Assembly (NCBI GenBank): GCA_951406725.2
Contig: OX597819.1
Span: forward strand, 84,816,001-84,880,000
Source of the DNA: Octopus vulgaris
Taxonomy: Eukaryota
Length of the DNA: 64,000 nucleotides
Direction of reading: 5' to 3'
The notes beneath the pieces were generated by a model. The model did no database searches and was not told where the DNA came from. It saw only the letters and a list, made by a program, of their open reading frames with translations. Of the stretch, positions 1 to 14,800 are shown piece by piece (position 1 is the stretch's first letter; every line of letters starts with the position of its first letter). The translations under genes and the position numbers were made by a program.

Positions 1-903
1 GAAGTTTGTAATATTGAGAGGAAGAACGTTTATGGTTATGAGTGAATTAAAAGTGTATTTTCAATTTCAGGATACAGTATTTTCAGTTGAGAGACTTATT
101 TTAGGAAGCAGTTTGAAAACTTTGCTGAACTTGTCAAGAATATTATGTTGACTGAAGGACTTCAAAGAAGAATGTTTTTATTTTTTTATTGTGTGGTCAT
201 TTTCAAAATTAGAGAATGTGAGCTTTAACAAGAGAGAAATGGGGTATTTAAGTTAAGCTTAATAGAAATATCTATTGAAAGCAGTCTCAGTGATAATATT
301 CAACTTGTTAGCATTCTAGATTAGATATCTGTTCGATAAAAAAAAGTATATAGCATTATATAAGAAACAAAAAAAAAAAAGAAAGATACCCCCAAAAGCC
401 TCGCAATGAAATTATCTGCTAGATTGATTTTCTCAGCTTGAAAACTGAAATTTTAAGAATAAGACAAGGTAGATCTAATTGTAAATGACAAGTTATCATC
501 AGAATGATTGATCATTACCATTGCTTTGATATTTGTTTTCATATTTTCTCTCTGTTGGTGTGGATTAACTGGATCTGCTTTGTTACATCAAATCTCTAAA
601 AAATGTTCATATATTGATTTGGTAGCATTTTATGTATTGTAGCAACAACAAATAAAAATATAACACTCAGTGTGAAGGGATGTATGAATGACAAAAAAAA
701 AAAAAAATTTTAATCTCAAATGTTTAGCGTCTATTTAAAAAATATTTTAGAAACTTATAATGAATGATCTCGTTTGGAATTGACTAGATATTAACTGTGA
801 CTCTTCTCATTTAAACTGAGAATTATTGCATTTTGATTGCATTATTATTGCTCTTTTTTTTTTTAACATTTATATGATATTGTGTTTATTATATTTATTA
901 CAG

Positions 904-1139
904 ATCGTTCAAGTATTTTCAACAGTCGAAATAAGTATAAACAAAAATCTGTAGTTAACACAAAAAAGTTAAACAAGTTTTCTGGTGGAGCTATAACGAA
1001 TGGATTTGGTCGTGCAGTAGCTAATTCATCTAAGCAAAACCACTTAAGCACTAACATTAAGTGCAATGATACTAGTTCAAGTAAATCAAATGCGCATATA
1101 GCACTGTTGGTTGGTAATTTTCCAATTGGAACTACAAAG
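904..1139 (+). CDS. Gene A exon: low-complexity linker plus RRM RNP2 (…HIALLVGNFPIGTTK)
   Basis: ttacag|atcg acceptor, aag|gtacgt donor; homologous to gene B exon 56711-56985 (ICLFVGNFPYGTSE) with the same phase-0 intron. Confidence 0.85.
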
Positions 1140-4100
1140 GTACGTTACAGCTCAATAATGGTATTGCTTTCATTGTCCTCAGCTTTATTATCATTTTGTT
1201 AATGGATTAAATAAGGTTTAACTGTTCATAAACCCCGAACTTTTAGTATTTGTTTTAGTCTTAGAAAACTTCATATTTTCCATTGGCTGCTATCATTCAC
1301 AAGTACTTGTCATTGTTTGCTTCACTGCTATTCATTTTCATTGTGGGTTTCGACTATTAAAGTCTTTAATCATTAACCCTTTAGCATTCATATTACCCTG
1401 TCAGATGAAATGCTTATTTATTCTCATTTAAAAAAAAAAAATCCTGTTTTATCTTGTAGCTTTGCGATTTCAAAGATGGGATTGTTTATTTTTAGAATGA
1501 CATTGCAGTGGAGATGTGAAAGTCTGGATCTGGCCGGTTTGGACTTAAAATAGGTAGAATATTTAGGCCAGATACAGTCAGTTTAAATGCTAAAGCATTA
1601 ATGTAGTTTGCTGAGGTTTTAATCTAGTTTACCACTTCAGTGTATTGTAACAAAATTCTTACTTACTGGATAGTCAATCATAAATTAACAGTACAAGGAT
1701 TGTACACTGACATTTATCTTGTAAATAATATAGTTTTTCTTTTTTAGTACTGCAAATACCTTACAAACAAGCATTCTGGGCTATGTTATAACTTGTTTTG
1801 AGTAAATAAAATTTTAAAGTGGATATTTCCCTTTCATTATGCCTTTCATCTTTCCAACCAGTAATTCATTTTTGCATTCATCTGTCTCTGTGTATGCATT
1901 TATCGATTCATCATTTTGTATAATTATACCATTTTATTTTTCATTAATGCTACAATGCTCTGGAAGCTGACAGAAAGTTAACTGAAAATAAGATGTCCCA
2001 TGTGTTATTTGATACAAAAGGATGAGAACCTAATATCTAGTTTAAATCAATGAAAGGCTAAGAGAATGGATTCATAATACAAGTGTGACATAACTAAAAA
2101 TAATAGATGGTTTTTTCAAAAAGAATACATAAAATACATTTTAAAAAAATGTAATTTTAAAAGAAAAATAGTATCAAAACTTATTCTTACTTACATAAAT
2201 GCAGATACTAACACTGCTCATTTTATATATATATATGTATATATTTATGTGTGTATATTGAATTTTTTTTTCGTGTCAGTATTTATACATGGTGTTATTT
2301 TTCAAATATTTTCAGGGGGAGTTGAATGCATTATTTTGGGACTATAATGTTTCACAAATTGAAATGGTAAACAATTCAAACTCTAAAAGGAGGTTAGTAC
2401 AATAATTTCATTTTTATTTTTATATTTTTAGTGTCATTATATTTATGGGTTTGAAATCTGTTATGCAGTTGGGGTTTTTTAACACGAATTGATTTGCTTT
2501 GAATTCAGGCATTATATACATCAAAATACAGCGTTGTTTATAACAGTGGTTCCCAAAGTAGGTGATACTGACCCCCTGGAGATGGTTGAAAGATCTGTTT
2601 GTGGTGGTATGTGTGTGCTAAGAATGTGGCCTAGGTGCCAACAGGGCAGCAGTCTGAAAAAGTTTGGGAACCACTGGTTTATAACAAACTGTAGATTGCA
2701 GTTCAATCTAATAAACAGCATACAACTGTATTAATAACTAAATAACAGTTAATAATACAACAATAAATACTCTAATATTAGGATTTTTTTTTTAGCATTG
2801 GGAAATATAAACATACACAGATATATATCGCCGTCCAACCCATGCTAGCATGGAGAACGGACGTTAAACGATAATGATAATGATGATGATGATGATGATG
2901 CAATCCTACTCAAGTTTAGGCAACAGTGTTTAGTTATGGAACAACTTGTTTTGGGGTTATGGTGTGCAGTTTATAGTATCTACAGGTAATTGGGATAGCG
3001 ACTGCCTGAAATGAACCTGAGTTCTCTCAGCAGGCTGTGGCCTTGGTGAACTCTTCTCAATAAGGTTATTTTAAAGACTATTATGTATTGTTGGCAAATA
3101 GATTTTTTTGTTGTTGTTTTGCTTTTCTTAATTACTTTAATTCTGTAGATTGATCATGCAGTCAAAAACTGTCATTTGAGTCCTTGATGACCTAAACATT
3201 CTAAACACTTTTGTCAAGAACAAGCTGAGATAGTTAGTCTATATGTATAAAGATGACAAACATTAATATTGTAAAGTTGACATTAATGAGTGAAAAGAAC
3301 CACATAGTTTATTTTGAATGAGTGTTTCTAAATAAGAGAGTAGCAGCACAAATTGTTCTGCTGGTCCTTCAGCATGGCAACAGGCTAGTAGTTGGAACCT
3401 GTAAGAAGGTTAAAAAAGGAGGAACAGTTAAGAATATGAATTGTTTGGTTTCTGCTTTTATCCTACCTCTAATTCAGTGATTCCTAACCTGTTCTGTGTC
3501 TTACACCCCAAGGAAATGATTAATTTATTTTCACATCCCTAACAAAAATATTGCAGTATTGCACTCAAAGATCAGAAACTTCAATTTTCTAATAAATGTT
3601 TTTTTTTTTTAATGAACCTCATACAATTCTGTAGAATAGTGAAGTTCTTGATATGCTTACTGTATTTGCTAGCATATAAGACAAAGTCTTGCATCATAAG
3701 ATGTATCCCTACCTGAATGTAATATGGCTGCATTGGACAAGTAACAATTTTTTGTTACTTTTACGAATATATAAAAAAAAGATTAATATATATGCTGGGA
3801 TATACAATCATAGTATCAAATTTTGGCATGAGGCCAGCAATGTTAAGGAGGGTGCTAATTGATTAAATCAACCCCAGTGCTCAACTGATACTTACTTCAT
3901 TGATTCCGAAAGAATGAAAGACAAGGTCGATCTTGACAGAATTTGAACTGAGAATGTAAAGGTGGGTGAAATGCCACTAAGCATTTTGTCCTGCATGCTT
4001 AATGATTCTGCCAGTTCTCCACCTTATGAGATATACAATAACATAGCAAAGTTATCTTTAAATGTAAGTGATTTTAATAAGGTAAATATTTACCCTCTTT

Positions 4101-5726
4101 GCTGCACACTTAAGGATATGAACATTCCAGGTTGGGAACAACTCTAATTATTATGCATAATCTCTCTATATATAAAACTGAGAATGTGTGTCTGTCTGCC
4201 TGTCTGTCTGTGTGTTTCCCTAAAACTTGAGAACTACACAACCAATTTCATTCAAATTTTACACATGTCTTACTTAGGGTCCATGTAGTTTCATGGGCAA
4301 AAAAAAATGTTCAACTTCTTGCCTAGGGCGAGCCCATAGCAATATCATATCTTCTCTACTATTTCAGTATTACATGTTAAAAGTGAAACAAAAACATTTC
4401 TCTATTTTATGTCAGATACTTTCACTTTAACAATAAAAATAATAATAACAACTGAATTATATGTAGTAAGTAATAATTAAAATCAAACTAAAGTATAATA
4501 TAATCGTAACATAACAAAAGTAAAAATAGCAATTGGTATAAAATTGCTTCAAGGATTTGAACTTGAATAAGTGGTTTCACATGAATGGGAATAAATTAAA
4601 AATAAAATTAGTGTGCAGAAATGGAATAGTCCTACAATTCCAGTCTGTTATATATTTTCAGTATTGTTATCACTAGCAATATCAAGATATAACTTTGTAT
4701 TTTGTATTTTATGTGTAGATGTACATGTAATATGTACACATATATACATACACTAGCACTATGACCCGGCAAAGACAGGTCATAATGCTAGTAATATATA
4801 TTTTGTATGTCTTAATTGAAATTTGTTTGTTTTATATTTTCAGCACTCAGGCTTTTCTTTATTTTTCTAACTTACAAGATCCTTATATGGCTATTGAAAA
4901 ATATGACAAGGCACAATATCTTAATCACAATTTATTTGTGGCCTTTGTTGATCCAGCTTATGTAACCAATAAAGAAGCAAAGCTAACTGGATCTAAACTG
5001 AAGAAGAAAACTCCTAAAACTAGAGGTAAGTTTGTTGTTTTTAAAATTTGTATTCTCTTTGTGTTTCATCTAACATCATATATGCATTTAAAATCTAAGT
5101 ATATTCACACACACTCACACACTCACACTCACACATGAGTGCGCAAACACACACATACCCACCTCTCTCATACATATACACGTATGTATATGTATGTGTT
5201 TGTATCTACACACAAACATATATATGTATGTATGCATATATGTGCATGCATACAGGTACACACACACACATACACTCAGGGTATATGTATGTCTACATGG
5301 TTAAGAAGTTTGTTTTACTTTGCAACCATGTGTTTCTAGTTTGGATTCTGCTGTGTAGCTCCTTGGACAAGTGTCAACTTCAATTGACTAACCATTCTGT
5401 GTATGAAATATAGTACCATATATGCTGGTGTATAAGATGTGATTTTTTTTTGCATACACATGAAAAAAAATTGGCATGCCTCTAATGCAACCATATTATG
5501 GATGGGATACTGAGTGTATGAATGTGTGATGAAACAATAATTTTGTTTTTTGCCACAAGAAAAGTAGGGGCTTGTCTCATTGAAGAGTGTGTCTTATAAA
5601 CTGGCAAATGTGGTAGACAAATTATATGGAAGTTTACTGAATGTGTGTATGTGTTTGTTTCTACAACAATTAATGTATAACATAGTTCATCTAAAAGAGA
5701 AATTCATTAAACAGTTCTTATGTGTA

Positions 5727-5758
<32 letters not shown>

Positions 5759-8700
5759 TACACACTCTACCATACATGCAAATGGAATGAGATGGTTGGT
5801 TACAGTTGTTTAGACACTGATGATTTGCTGACTGGACATTCAGCATATTTCGGTGACATTGCATTTCGGTGCTAGACCCTCTCTCCAATCCCCAACCCCC
5901 TTATGCAAACACATACATGCAGGCAGGCAGAAATATACACATGCAGATAGATATATAAATTGATAGATAGATAAAGAGAGAGAGATTACACATATATACA
6001 AATATTATAACTAGATACTCACCTATGTGCATGCACGTGCAGAAATATACACATACACGAAGGTAGGGGGAATGGGTGTAACATTAAAACGTCTCATGTA
6101 AAATGAAGTCAGTATTGAATTGGTGATACCAAATAGATGGTGCCAAAATATCTTATACTGACATGCATACCGCCTCACCACCACCACTACTACAATTTGT
6201 TTTGGTAAAAATGTTTTGATTTCAACTTTTAAATTAATTATATTTTAGTGAGATTGTGGTAAGATAAATTGTATTGCTAGATGAATTGTGATTTACTAAA
6301 GTTGTGTCATTCACAAATTCACCTAGATTTGTTTCAAAATTAAAACTTAAAAAAAAAAAAATTACAGAAAACTATTGCTTATCTTTTTTTGTTAATCATA
6401 CTTGTGAATTGCAAAAGTATAAATAATACATTTTTTTCAAGGCTGTCAGGCATTTATATGGATTTGCTATTTACTAATGCTTTAAATTATATTTTTAACA
6501 CTCTATGGCATGCTTAGATACCCGTAACTCCTTAGCATTCAGCTTATTCTGAAATGTAATGCTTATTTATTCACATTGTTTTGTATTTATCATGCATTAT
6601 TTTGTAGCTTTGAGATTTTGATGATGTGATTGTTTATCTTAGAATAATATTGTAGAGTAGATGTGAGAGATTAGATCTGGCTAGTTTGTAAAAAAAAAAA
6701 AGGAATATATTTGGCCCAGATATGGCCAGGCCAGTTTAAATGCTAGAAGATTAAGGCACATGGTGGACTGTTTGAGAACCACTTGGCTAGGTACTTGAAA
6801 GCTGCATAACAATATGATTTCTCAGATAAAATTATTTGTCTAAAATCTCAGTCAGTTAGTTTTGATCATGTCTCTCCTCTCTCCATGCCACCTGTGTTTA
6901 TCCAAGGGAAAGGCTGCTAACTTGGGCTGATACAGCTTGGTACATCTTGGCCCAGCTGTGACATCTTAAGCATTGCTATCAGAACAAAAGTACTGGGGTT
7001 GATTTGTTCTACTAATTGCTTGAAAGTAGTGTCCCTGTGTGGCTGCTGTCCAATAACTGAAACAAGTAAAAGAAAAAGATCAAAGAGACACCAAAAGGCA
7101 TCTTGTCCACCTCTCTGACAATCCTGCCTGTCTACTACTGTTGATTGGTACTGTTTTTGCATGACCTCAAAAAGAGGTAAAGCAAAATTAAGAGTGTAGA
7201 AGATCAGAATAAATTCCATAAGGCATTCTATTCAACATCAATAGTTCTTCTGCCAATGTGCTGCCTTAAAATTATGTGCCTGATATCTTGAAACTGTTCA
7301 GGTTAGTGAGACACAGACACAGCAATAAGAACAGCTTGAATGTATCAGTCTTAATTGTTTGCCTGTCACTTAGCTAATGATAAAGAAAAGTAAACATTAT
7401 ATAGTATGTAGCAGTGTCCTCTGTGCAAACAGAACTACATCATAGATAACAAGCCTATAAACCATGTACTAGTAATGTTTACTTTGCTTGCATGTCAAAT
7501 AGTTCAATATTTCTCACAGTGTAATAATAGATCTAGTTTTTGTTGCTTTCCACTAACTTTTTTTCTTGCTCTAATGTAGACCACTACTAATATTTTTGAT
7601 TATAATTAAGCATTGACTTGTATTTGCAACAACTGATTTTTAAAAATTAGCTTGAAATTAATTAGCTTTAATTAACTTTTTATTTGTGTATTTTCTTCAC
7701 TCTCTTATTCCTCTTCCTTTTCACTTCCAAAAATACAGATCTTTTGCTTCTCTTAACTTAACAGTAGCACCCCAACATATTAGTCAAAGTGTTGTGTTGT
7801 ACTCACTCATATCTGTATTTTGTCATCTGATTTGTACTATTATACTAAACAGCATATATAGTCCACCACAACAACTACATAGAAAGTCTTATACTTATGT
7901 AAAGAAATTAATAGTTGTATGGTGCAGATTTGGCTGCAAGTTTAAGAAGTTCACTTTGCAACCATATGGTTTTGGATCCAATCATGATGCACTGCACCTG
8001 GGACAAGTATCTTCTACCATAAATTTGGATTAGCCCATGGAGTGAAATTTTGAAGACAGAAACTTGTGTGTGTGTGTGTAGAGCATGTCTTTCACAAATG
8101 TACATCTACAAAAAATGTAAACATTAGCTAGAATATTTATAAACTGGTGTTTTTGAACAAAACCTCTTGTGATTTTTGTTCTTCATGGGTTGCATGAATG
8201 CTTGTCATTCTCACCCATCATAAAAGAGCTTGGTTTGTTGGAAACATAATCCCAGTTGCTGTTCTTCACAAAAATGTGTTATAAAATAAAATCAGAAACA
8301 TATGAGGCTACTATTATGATAAAAAAGTAAATAATTATGACCAACATGGATTGATTTTACTGTTCATCTTATTTTTGTGATTTTATTTTGAACACTCTGT
8401 GATTGCTATATTCTCAAATGTGGCTTTGTGGATAAAATTACCCTCTCAGAAAGAATTGTGAGTTCAGTTGTGGCTGAAGTTGAATCGGAAATATGAATCA
8501 AAATATAGTGCAGATGACAAAATAGTTATATTAGGTGTGCATGAAAATTAAAGATTAATGTAGCAGACTCTTCCTGAAAAATTAGTTTCTCCCTCTCATA
8601 GAACATGGTTTTACATGAGCCTTTGAAGGACACCCCACCCAAAACCTTAGTATCTCCTTCTTCTCAAGATATACCAACATAACTCTTTTTATTCATAAAT

Positions 8701-11700
8701 CCTAACCAATTTGTACCAACATTGACCATTACTAACCTATCTGTTCTAGTGACTAGCCTATTGCAGTTCTAGACTTTTACTAACAACCTGAACAGCTGTT
8801 TCCTCTTATGTTGCTCCATCATGGCATATATTGATGGAACACCTCTTTCTCTCTCCTTCTGCAATTGAGCTTCATCGACGTATATTCTCTCTGCAGACAC
8901 GCATATCCTCCATGAACAGAACATTTGAAAATCTCCTGCAGAAGAAAGTTGACAACCTACATTCATTCAACTACACCGAAACTCAGAGAAAAATGACAGC
9001 GCTGCATCCTCAATACTTGTGAACAACACAGCTAAGACCATCACACTTATTTCAAATGCTATGTTAGGCTTTCAATCTCTGATAACTTTTTGTGGTGACT
9101 ACACATATAACCACATAATGAAGATTGCATCACTGTTCACCCTATACAAGGTGCGGGTTCACTCCACACTGAAGTACTGCTCGCACATCTGAGATACTGC
9201 AGTTACTACACACATGCACATTCAAGACTGCATCAAAATTTCGCCGTCCACTTGACAGGCAAATCTTCAGTCATCAACAGTCTTCAACCACTTTTCCATT
9301 GTTGAAATGTCTTCCCTCTCTCTCTTCTACTCTAAGAAAAGAAACACAAAGCAATGGTCTCTGGCTTTCCTGAACTTAACTGAGTATATAACACTTCCAT
9401 GTACATCCATGTATTTCACTTGTCTCTCCTCCTATCATCCATACAGTGAAGCACCCCCCACTAGATCTAACTTTGCTCAATCTTTCTTCTTCAGAATTGC
9501 ATGTCTCTGAAATTCCTTCCCTGGCTATGTTTTCATCCCAACCATTGATTTCAAGAGGTCAAAAATGAACATAAGCCATGTTAACCTCTCCTAGCTGTCT
9601 CTACATACCCAGCGAAATAATAAATAAATAAATAAATAAATATATTTAGAAAGTCTAAGTTTTCTACTTGTTTTTCATTTGTATGTCTTCAATAAATTTA
9701 GACACTAAAACTTCAAACTTAGTACTGGCACCTAGACATGGTGTATCATGTAAATTTAATAAACAATCAATATAGTTTTGTTGTTCTATCTATATCTTAA
9801 TTTTTTGTGTACTATGTATTGTATAATAAAATATTACATTAAGTTTGCATTGTTTGTGTACTTCATCACCTACTTGCTTGCTAGTTAACTATGTATGTGG
9901 AGGAAATGAATGTTTCATTTGTTAATTTTTTTGTTTCTATTTACTTTTATATTTGATTTTATGTAATGTGTTTTAAAATGGTTTTTTTACTGATAACCTT
10001 TTTTAAAAATGGTTTTATACACACACATACTCTTTCATTCAGAAAGCAGTATATAAGAGAATGTCAGTAAAAATCTAGTTTATTTAGACGGTAAGGTGCA
10101 TATATTTAATTAATCCTTTTACTGTTGAAATCAGATACATCCACTCAAAATTTTATTGTCTTTAGTTGAGGGAAAGCAATTTTATATATTAATCTATTGT
10201 TGAGGAATGTCATGTTTTTGAAACTATTTTCTGTTGAAATATGTCAAATTTATTATAGTAAATTGACTTGTAAAAAAAATTCCAATTCTACTTTTTGGTA
10301 AACATTTAACATCATTACTGGAATAACCATGAAATTTAATTTTGGAGTTAAAGGGTTAAGACAACACTTCATATACAATCATGTGCATGATAACTTCTCT
10401 TTGCTGATGCACTTTTCAACACTTACACTGGTAATTCAGTGTTCTTAGCCAAGGTCAATATTTAGGTTTAAGCAAGTTTATATTGCAATTACAAGAGCAG
10501 AAGATCATCATAATGTGAATCTTTTGGCAAAAAGACATGTTTTAGCTCAAAAGTAAGGGAGGAAAAACATTCACAAATTGTTCTAAATGTTGTAATATTG
10601 AAATAAACTCTCCCCAGAGTTTTTTTTCTCTGTTTCATTTTTACCTAACTCAAGGCTAAACACCTATTTGTATTGTGATACTAGCAGATGGTCAGCCAAT
10701 CATATTTTTTAATCTGTTCGGCATACATCTTTCACCTAATTGAATGCTCCTGCTCATCTACCATTACTGGAAGAGGACTACTTTGCTTAATCAGTTTTCT
10801 CTGTCTGACAAACTGGTTTGGCATTGGAGGGAAATGTTATAAGTAACAATTAACTAGGTCAGCCCAAATTATTTATTTACATTTCTTTCAGCTTACAAAT
10901 GCTGGAAAAAGTGTTCTTAATTTAGTTGTTTATTCATTCATTCACAGTCGAAGCTTCCTTCATCAAACTAGTAGCAAAGGGAAGGCTTAAAAGATATATT
11001 CTCTTATGCATTTCAGCCCAAAGGCTGTGGCCATGCTGGGGTACCACGAATGTAATCACCTCAATGGCCAGTCTTATGTGATTGACTTTTGGTAAAAAGA
11101 AGGAGTTTGACATTGCTGCCTTCTTTTGAGCTTCTTACTGTGATGTAGGTTCATTTAGGACCTTGGACAGCAGGAAGTTAACTTGTTTCTTGAAAACACC
11201 CACCCCTACTCCATGAAAATCCCTCAGATGCTTTGGCAAGGCATTGAATAGCTAAGGATCCTTGAATCCCAAGCTGTTGCAATATGTGTTCCTCTCTCTA
11301 GATGGGATAGCTGGGACCTTTGAAACATTGCAATAACATCCCATTTTTTGGATGCTGGTATAGCTCTTGATACCAAAGTTTGGTGCCAACCCCTTCAAGA
11401 TGTTTTATGTCTCTCCCATCTTCACTCCAGGGGGTAAAGTTGTAGCTCTTTCAGTCTTTCCCAGTAGTTCAGCTGTTCTCTATATATACATGGCAAATAA
11501 GAAAATGGAGAGGATCCAAAAATGACATACATCAGCCATACTAGAATGTCTACCAGCTGCTGTATGTTGTTTTTGTATCCTCTCCATTTTCTTATTTGCC
11601 GTATAAATTAAGGGTAAACCACTTTTACCCCCGCCCATATATAACATTCAATTGCGAGATTGCTACATAATAACTAGTACTTGGGTACGAATAATTGGGT

Positions 11701-11780
11701 ACACTACCAGCAGTATATTGAATAAGTACTATCGCTTAGTTGGTTTATATCCCAACCTCTAACTCACATAAAAAATATAT

Positions 11781-11814
<34 letters not shown>

Positions 11815-14800
11815 AATTAGAAAAAAACCTACCCTTTATCAATTCAAAATGAACAATTAAATTACACCATCTAGAAAATTACATGTAATAGAAATATTAA
11901 AATAACAATAAAATGTCAATGATTAAGTAAATTGCAAAAAAATAATAATAAAAATGTATAAAATCCTTTATAATAATTAAAGGATAACATATCCAATATC
12001 GAACGTAAAAAATACTATCAAGAAACTATAAATAAATAATAATATTACAACAGCAATAATAATAATAACAACAATAATAATAATATTTCAAAAACACAAC
12101 GAAATAGAGAAAAGATAAAATGTCAAACTTAGCTTTGTGAAGTGAAAGAGTAACTGATTTTTAAAGTAAAATAGTTAAAGCGTTTATAAGATTTATCGCG
12201 TGGAGACTTAGTGCAAAGAAATAGAATAAATACTCAGTGAAAAATAAGAAAAAACGAAAAAACATTAAAGTCTCATGAACTAAAGAAATGTGAGAAAAAA
12301 AACACAACTTATGGAGAAACTAATATGAAGACACACAACTAAAACTAACAGACACCTATTAATATATCAATAACAAAATTAACCACAGCTAAACATTAAT
12401 CCCAAAATAATACAAAATCCAAACGAAAAGGAGAAAAGAACGTTGCTAAGTTAGTTGAGAAGATATCGCTAGATTATAAACGTAAATAATATATATATAT
12501 ATAAATGTCAAAGAGTAAAGACCCCTTTGGTCATGAATGACCATGGGATTGTATTTAGTAAGTTACCTCTCTCCATGCCATCAATGTTATTCAAGGGAAA
12601 GGCAAAGGCCGATACTGCTTGGCACCGGTGACATTGCAACTCATTTCAGTAGCTGAGTGAACTGGAGCAATGTCAAATAAAGTGACTTGCTCAAGAACAC
12701 AACACAGTTGCGGCTGGGAATCGAACTCACTACCTTATGATTGTGAGTCTGACACTGTAATTACTGAGCCATGCACTTTCACTTTCAGACACACACACGT
12801 ACATATATATCCATTTAGTGTTGAATGTTGGCAAAAAAACATGAAATTAATAATATATTTTATTTTGCTTGAGTCAGTCTCTTACTTTTATTGTAACTTA
12901 TCTGAAGACCTTGTGTACTCACATGCAAATTGATATTTATATATATATTAGTAATAAAGATGAAATGAATGAGTGTTTTGGATACTATTTAATGTTTCCA
13001 TATCAAAGTTTTATGAACACCATGATCCATCATATAATTTGGCATGTGACAATATGCAAGATTATATAACATTATATAAGATTATTTTTTCATAAAATGC
13101 TACCTCATTAGGCAATACACCATTAGATGTTTTTGTAGCATAACAGTTTTATTGTGGGTATTAGAAATTAATTTCTTTGACTGACTAGTAGTTTCATCTG
13201 GAGAGGAATCCACCTTGAACTGTGACCTCTTGAGGTGAAATTAATTGTTAGCGGCAAGCATCAAACATATGCATCTTTTATAGAAAGTGTCTGAAACATG
13301 TTTGTTAAATAAATAAAGCAAAAATTATATCCTTCAAAGAAATAAAATTCCACAGGGAAATTGAATCACGTAGGCAAACCTGCTACCAAGATGCACCAAG
13401 TTTGCATTCTCTTAATTATAATTATAATTGTCTATTTGCTTTACAAAACATTTTTACCACAACAACATAGATACTTGCTTCCTGAAATTTGTCAATGGTT
13501 ATCATTTTTCAGAGTTAGGTTTCTTCTACTTATGTGTAACAAAGCAAAGTATCCCATTTTGATTTAATGTTATGTGTTTAAAGGTAAATTAATGACAAAG
13601 ATTTTGACCCTTTTGCTCCAGAAATCAGATATATCCACTCAAAATCTTATTACCCTTAGCTATGGAAAGCAGTTTTGTTTTATGTACCAATCTATCTTTT
13701 GTTGAGTTATGTCATGTTTGAAAATATTTTTTGTTGAGAAGTGTTAAATCTATTCAGGCAACATAACTTGCAGAAAATACCAATTCTATTTTTTGGTAGC
13801 TATTTACCATAATTTGTGGAAATTTAATTTTGCAGTAGAAGGGTTAAAATAATACCATTGTTATTTTTCTCATATTTGGTGTTTGCAAAGTTACAATTTT
13901 TAATATTTATTATTTTAAATTCTCAGTCTTTATTTATAAATACGCTCTTACACATGCATGTACATACACATATGTGCACGGCACGCTTGTGCATACGCAT
14001 ATACACTTGCACACACTCACACACACATAACAACACTTATTTTCATTTCAGATTTTGATAAAAAGGTTTCTTCAGTGGATGGAATGAGTTCTATAAATGA
14101 AAGACTAAGGCAGTGTAGTATTCAGTCCAGTGATTTAATTGAAGAATCTCATAGTTCAAATCATGTTCATCCTGACAGAAGATCAAATTATGTAAATAGA
14201 ACAAATGATAGGCATATGTCGATGCAGGATTCTCACAGATTTTTGAATGGTAAAAAGAAACGAAGAAATGGTCAATATAACAACAGCAGCAAGCTAGCTG
14301 ATATCAAATCAAAACATTCCGAGGAAGGGTCTAGCAGCATGAAAAATGAACATCGTAAGAAATTCGATGAAGAAGGTAATTTGTTTTTTTGAATTTTTAG
14401 TACTTTGAAATATGAAGTGCAATTCATTGAGCTGGTATTGAACCAAGACCATTGACCACTGGGTTTCCAGGTTTGTATTCTGTCAGTTATTTTATACTGT
14501 GTGAGCTTCTTAACTGTATAGCCATGCTTATACTTATATATAATTTGATTTAATTTCAAATTTTGGCACTAGGCCAGCAAGGTCAGGGCGGGGTAAGTTG
14601 ATTAAATTGATTCCAGTGTTTAACTGGTACTTATTTTATTGACCCTGAAAAGACGAAAGGCAAAGTCTGCCTTGGTGGAATTTGAACTCAGAGTGTAAGG
14701 ACAGACAGAATGCTGTTAAGCATTTTGCTTGGTGTGCTAATGATTTTGCCAGCTTGCTGCTTTGTACATATATACATATTGAGGAATAAGACAAAGTCAG

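Noticed and set aside
71-217. Possible upstream exon of gene A (…KQFENFAELVKNIMLTEGLQRR…)
   Set aside because: Several possible acceptors and donors, no recognisable motif; cannot be supported
5100-5830. His/Thr/Tyr-rich ORFs
   Set aside because: CA/TA microsatellite translation artefacts
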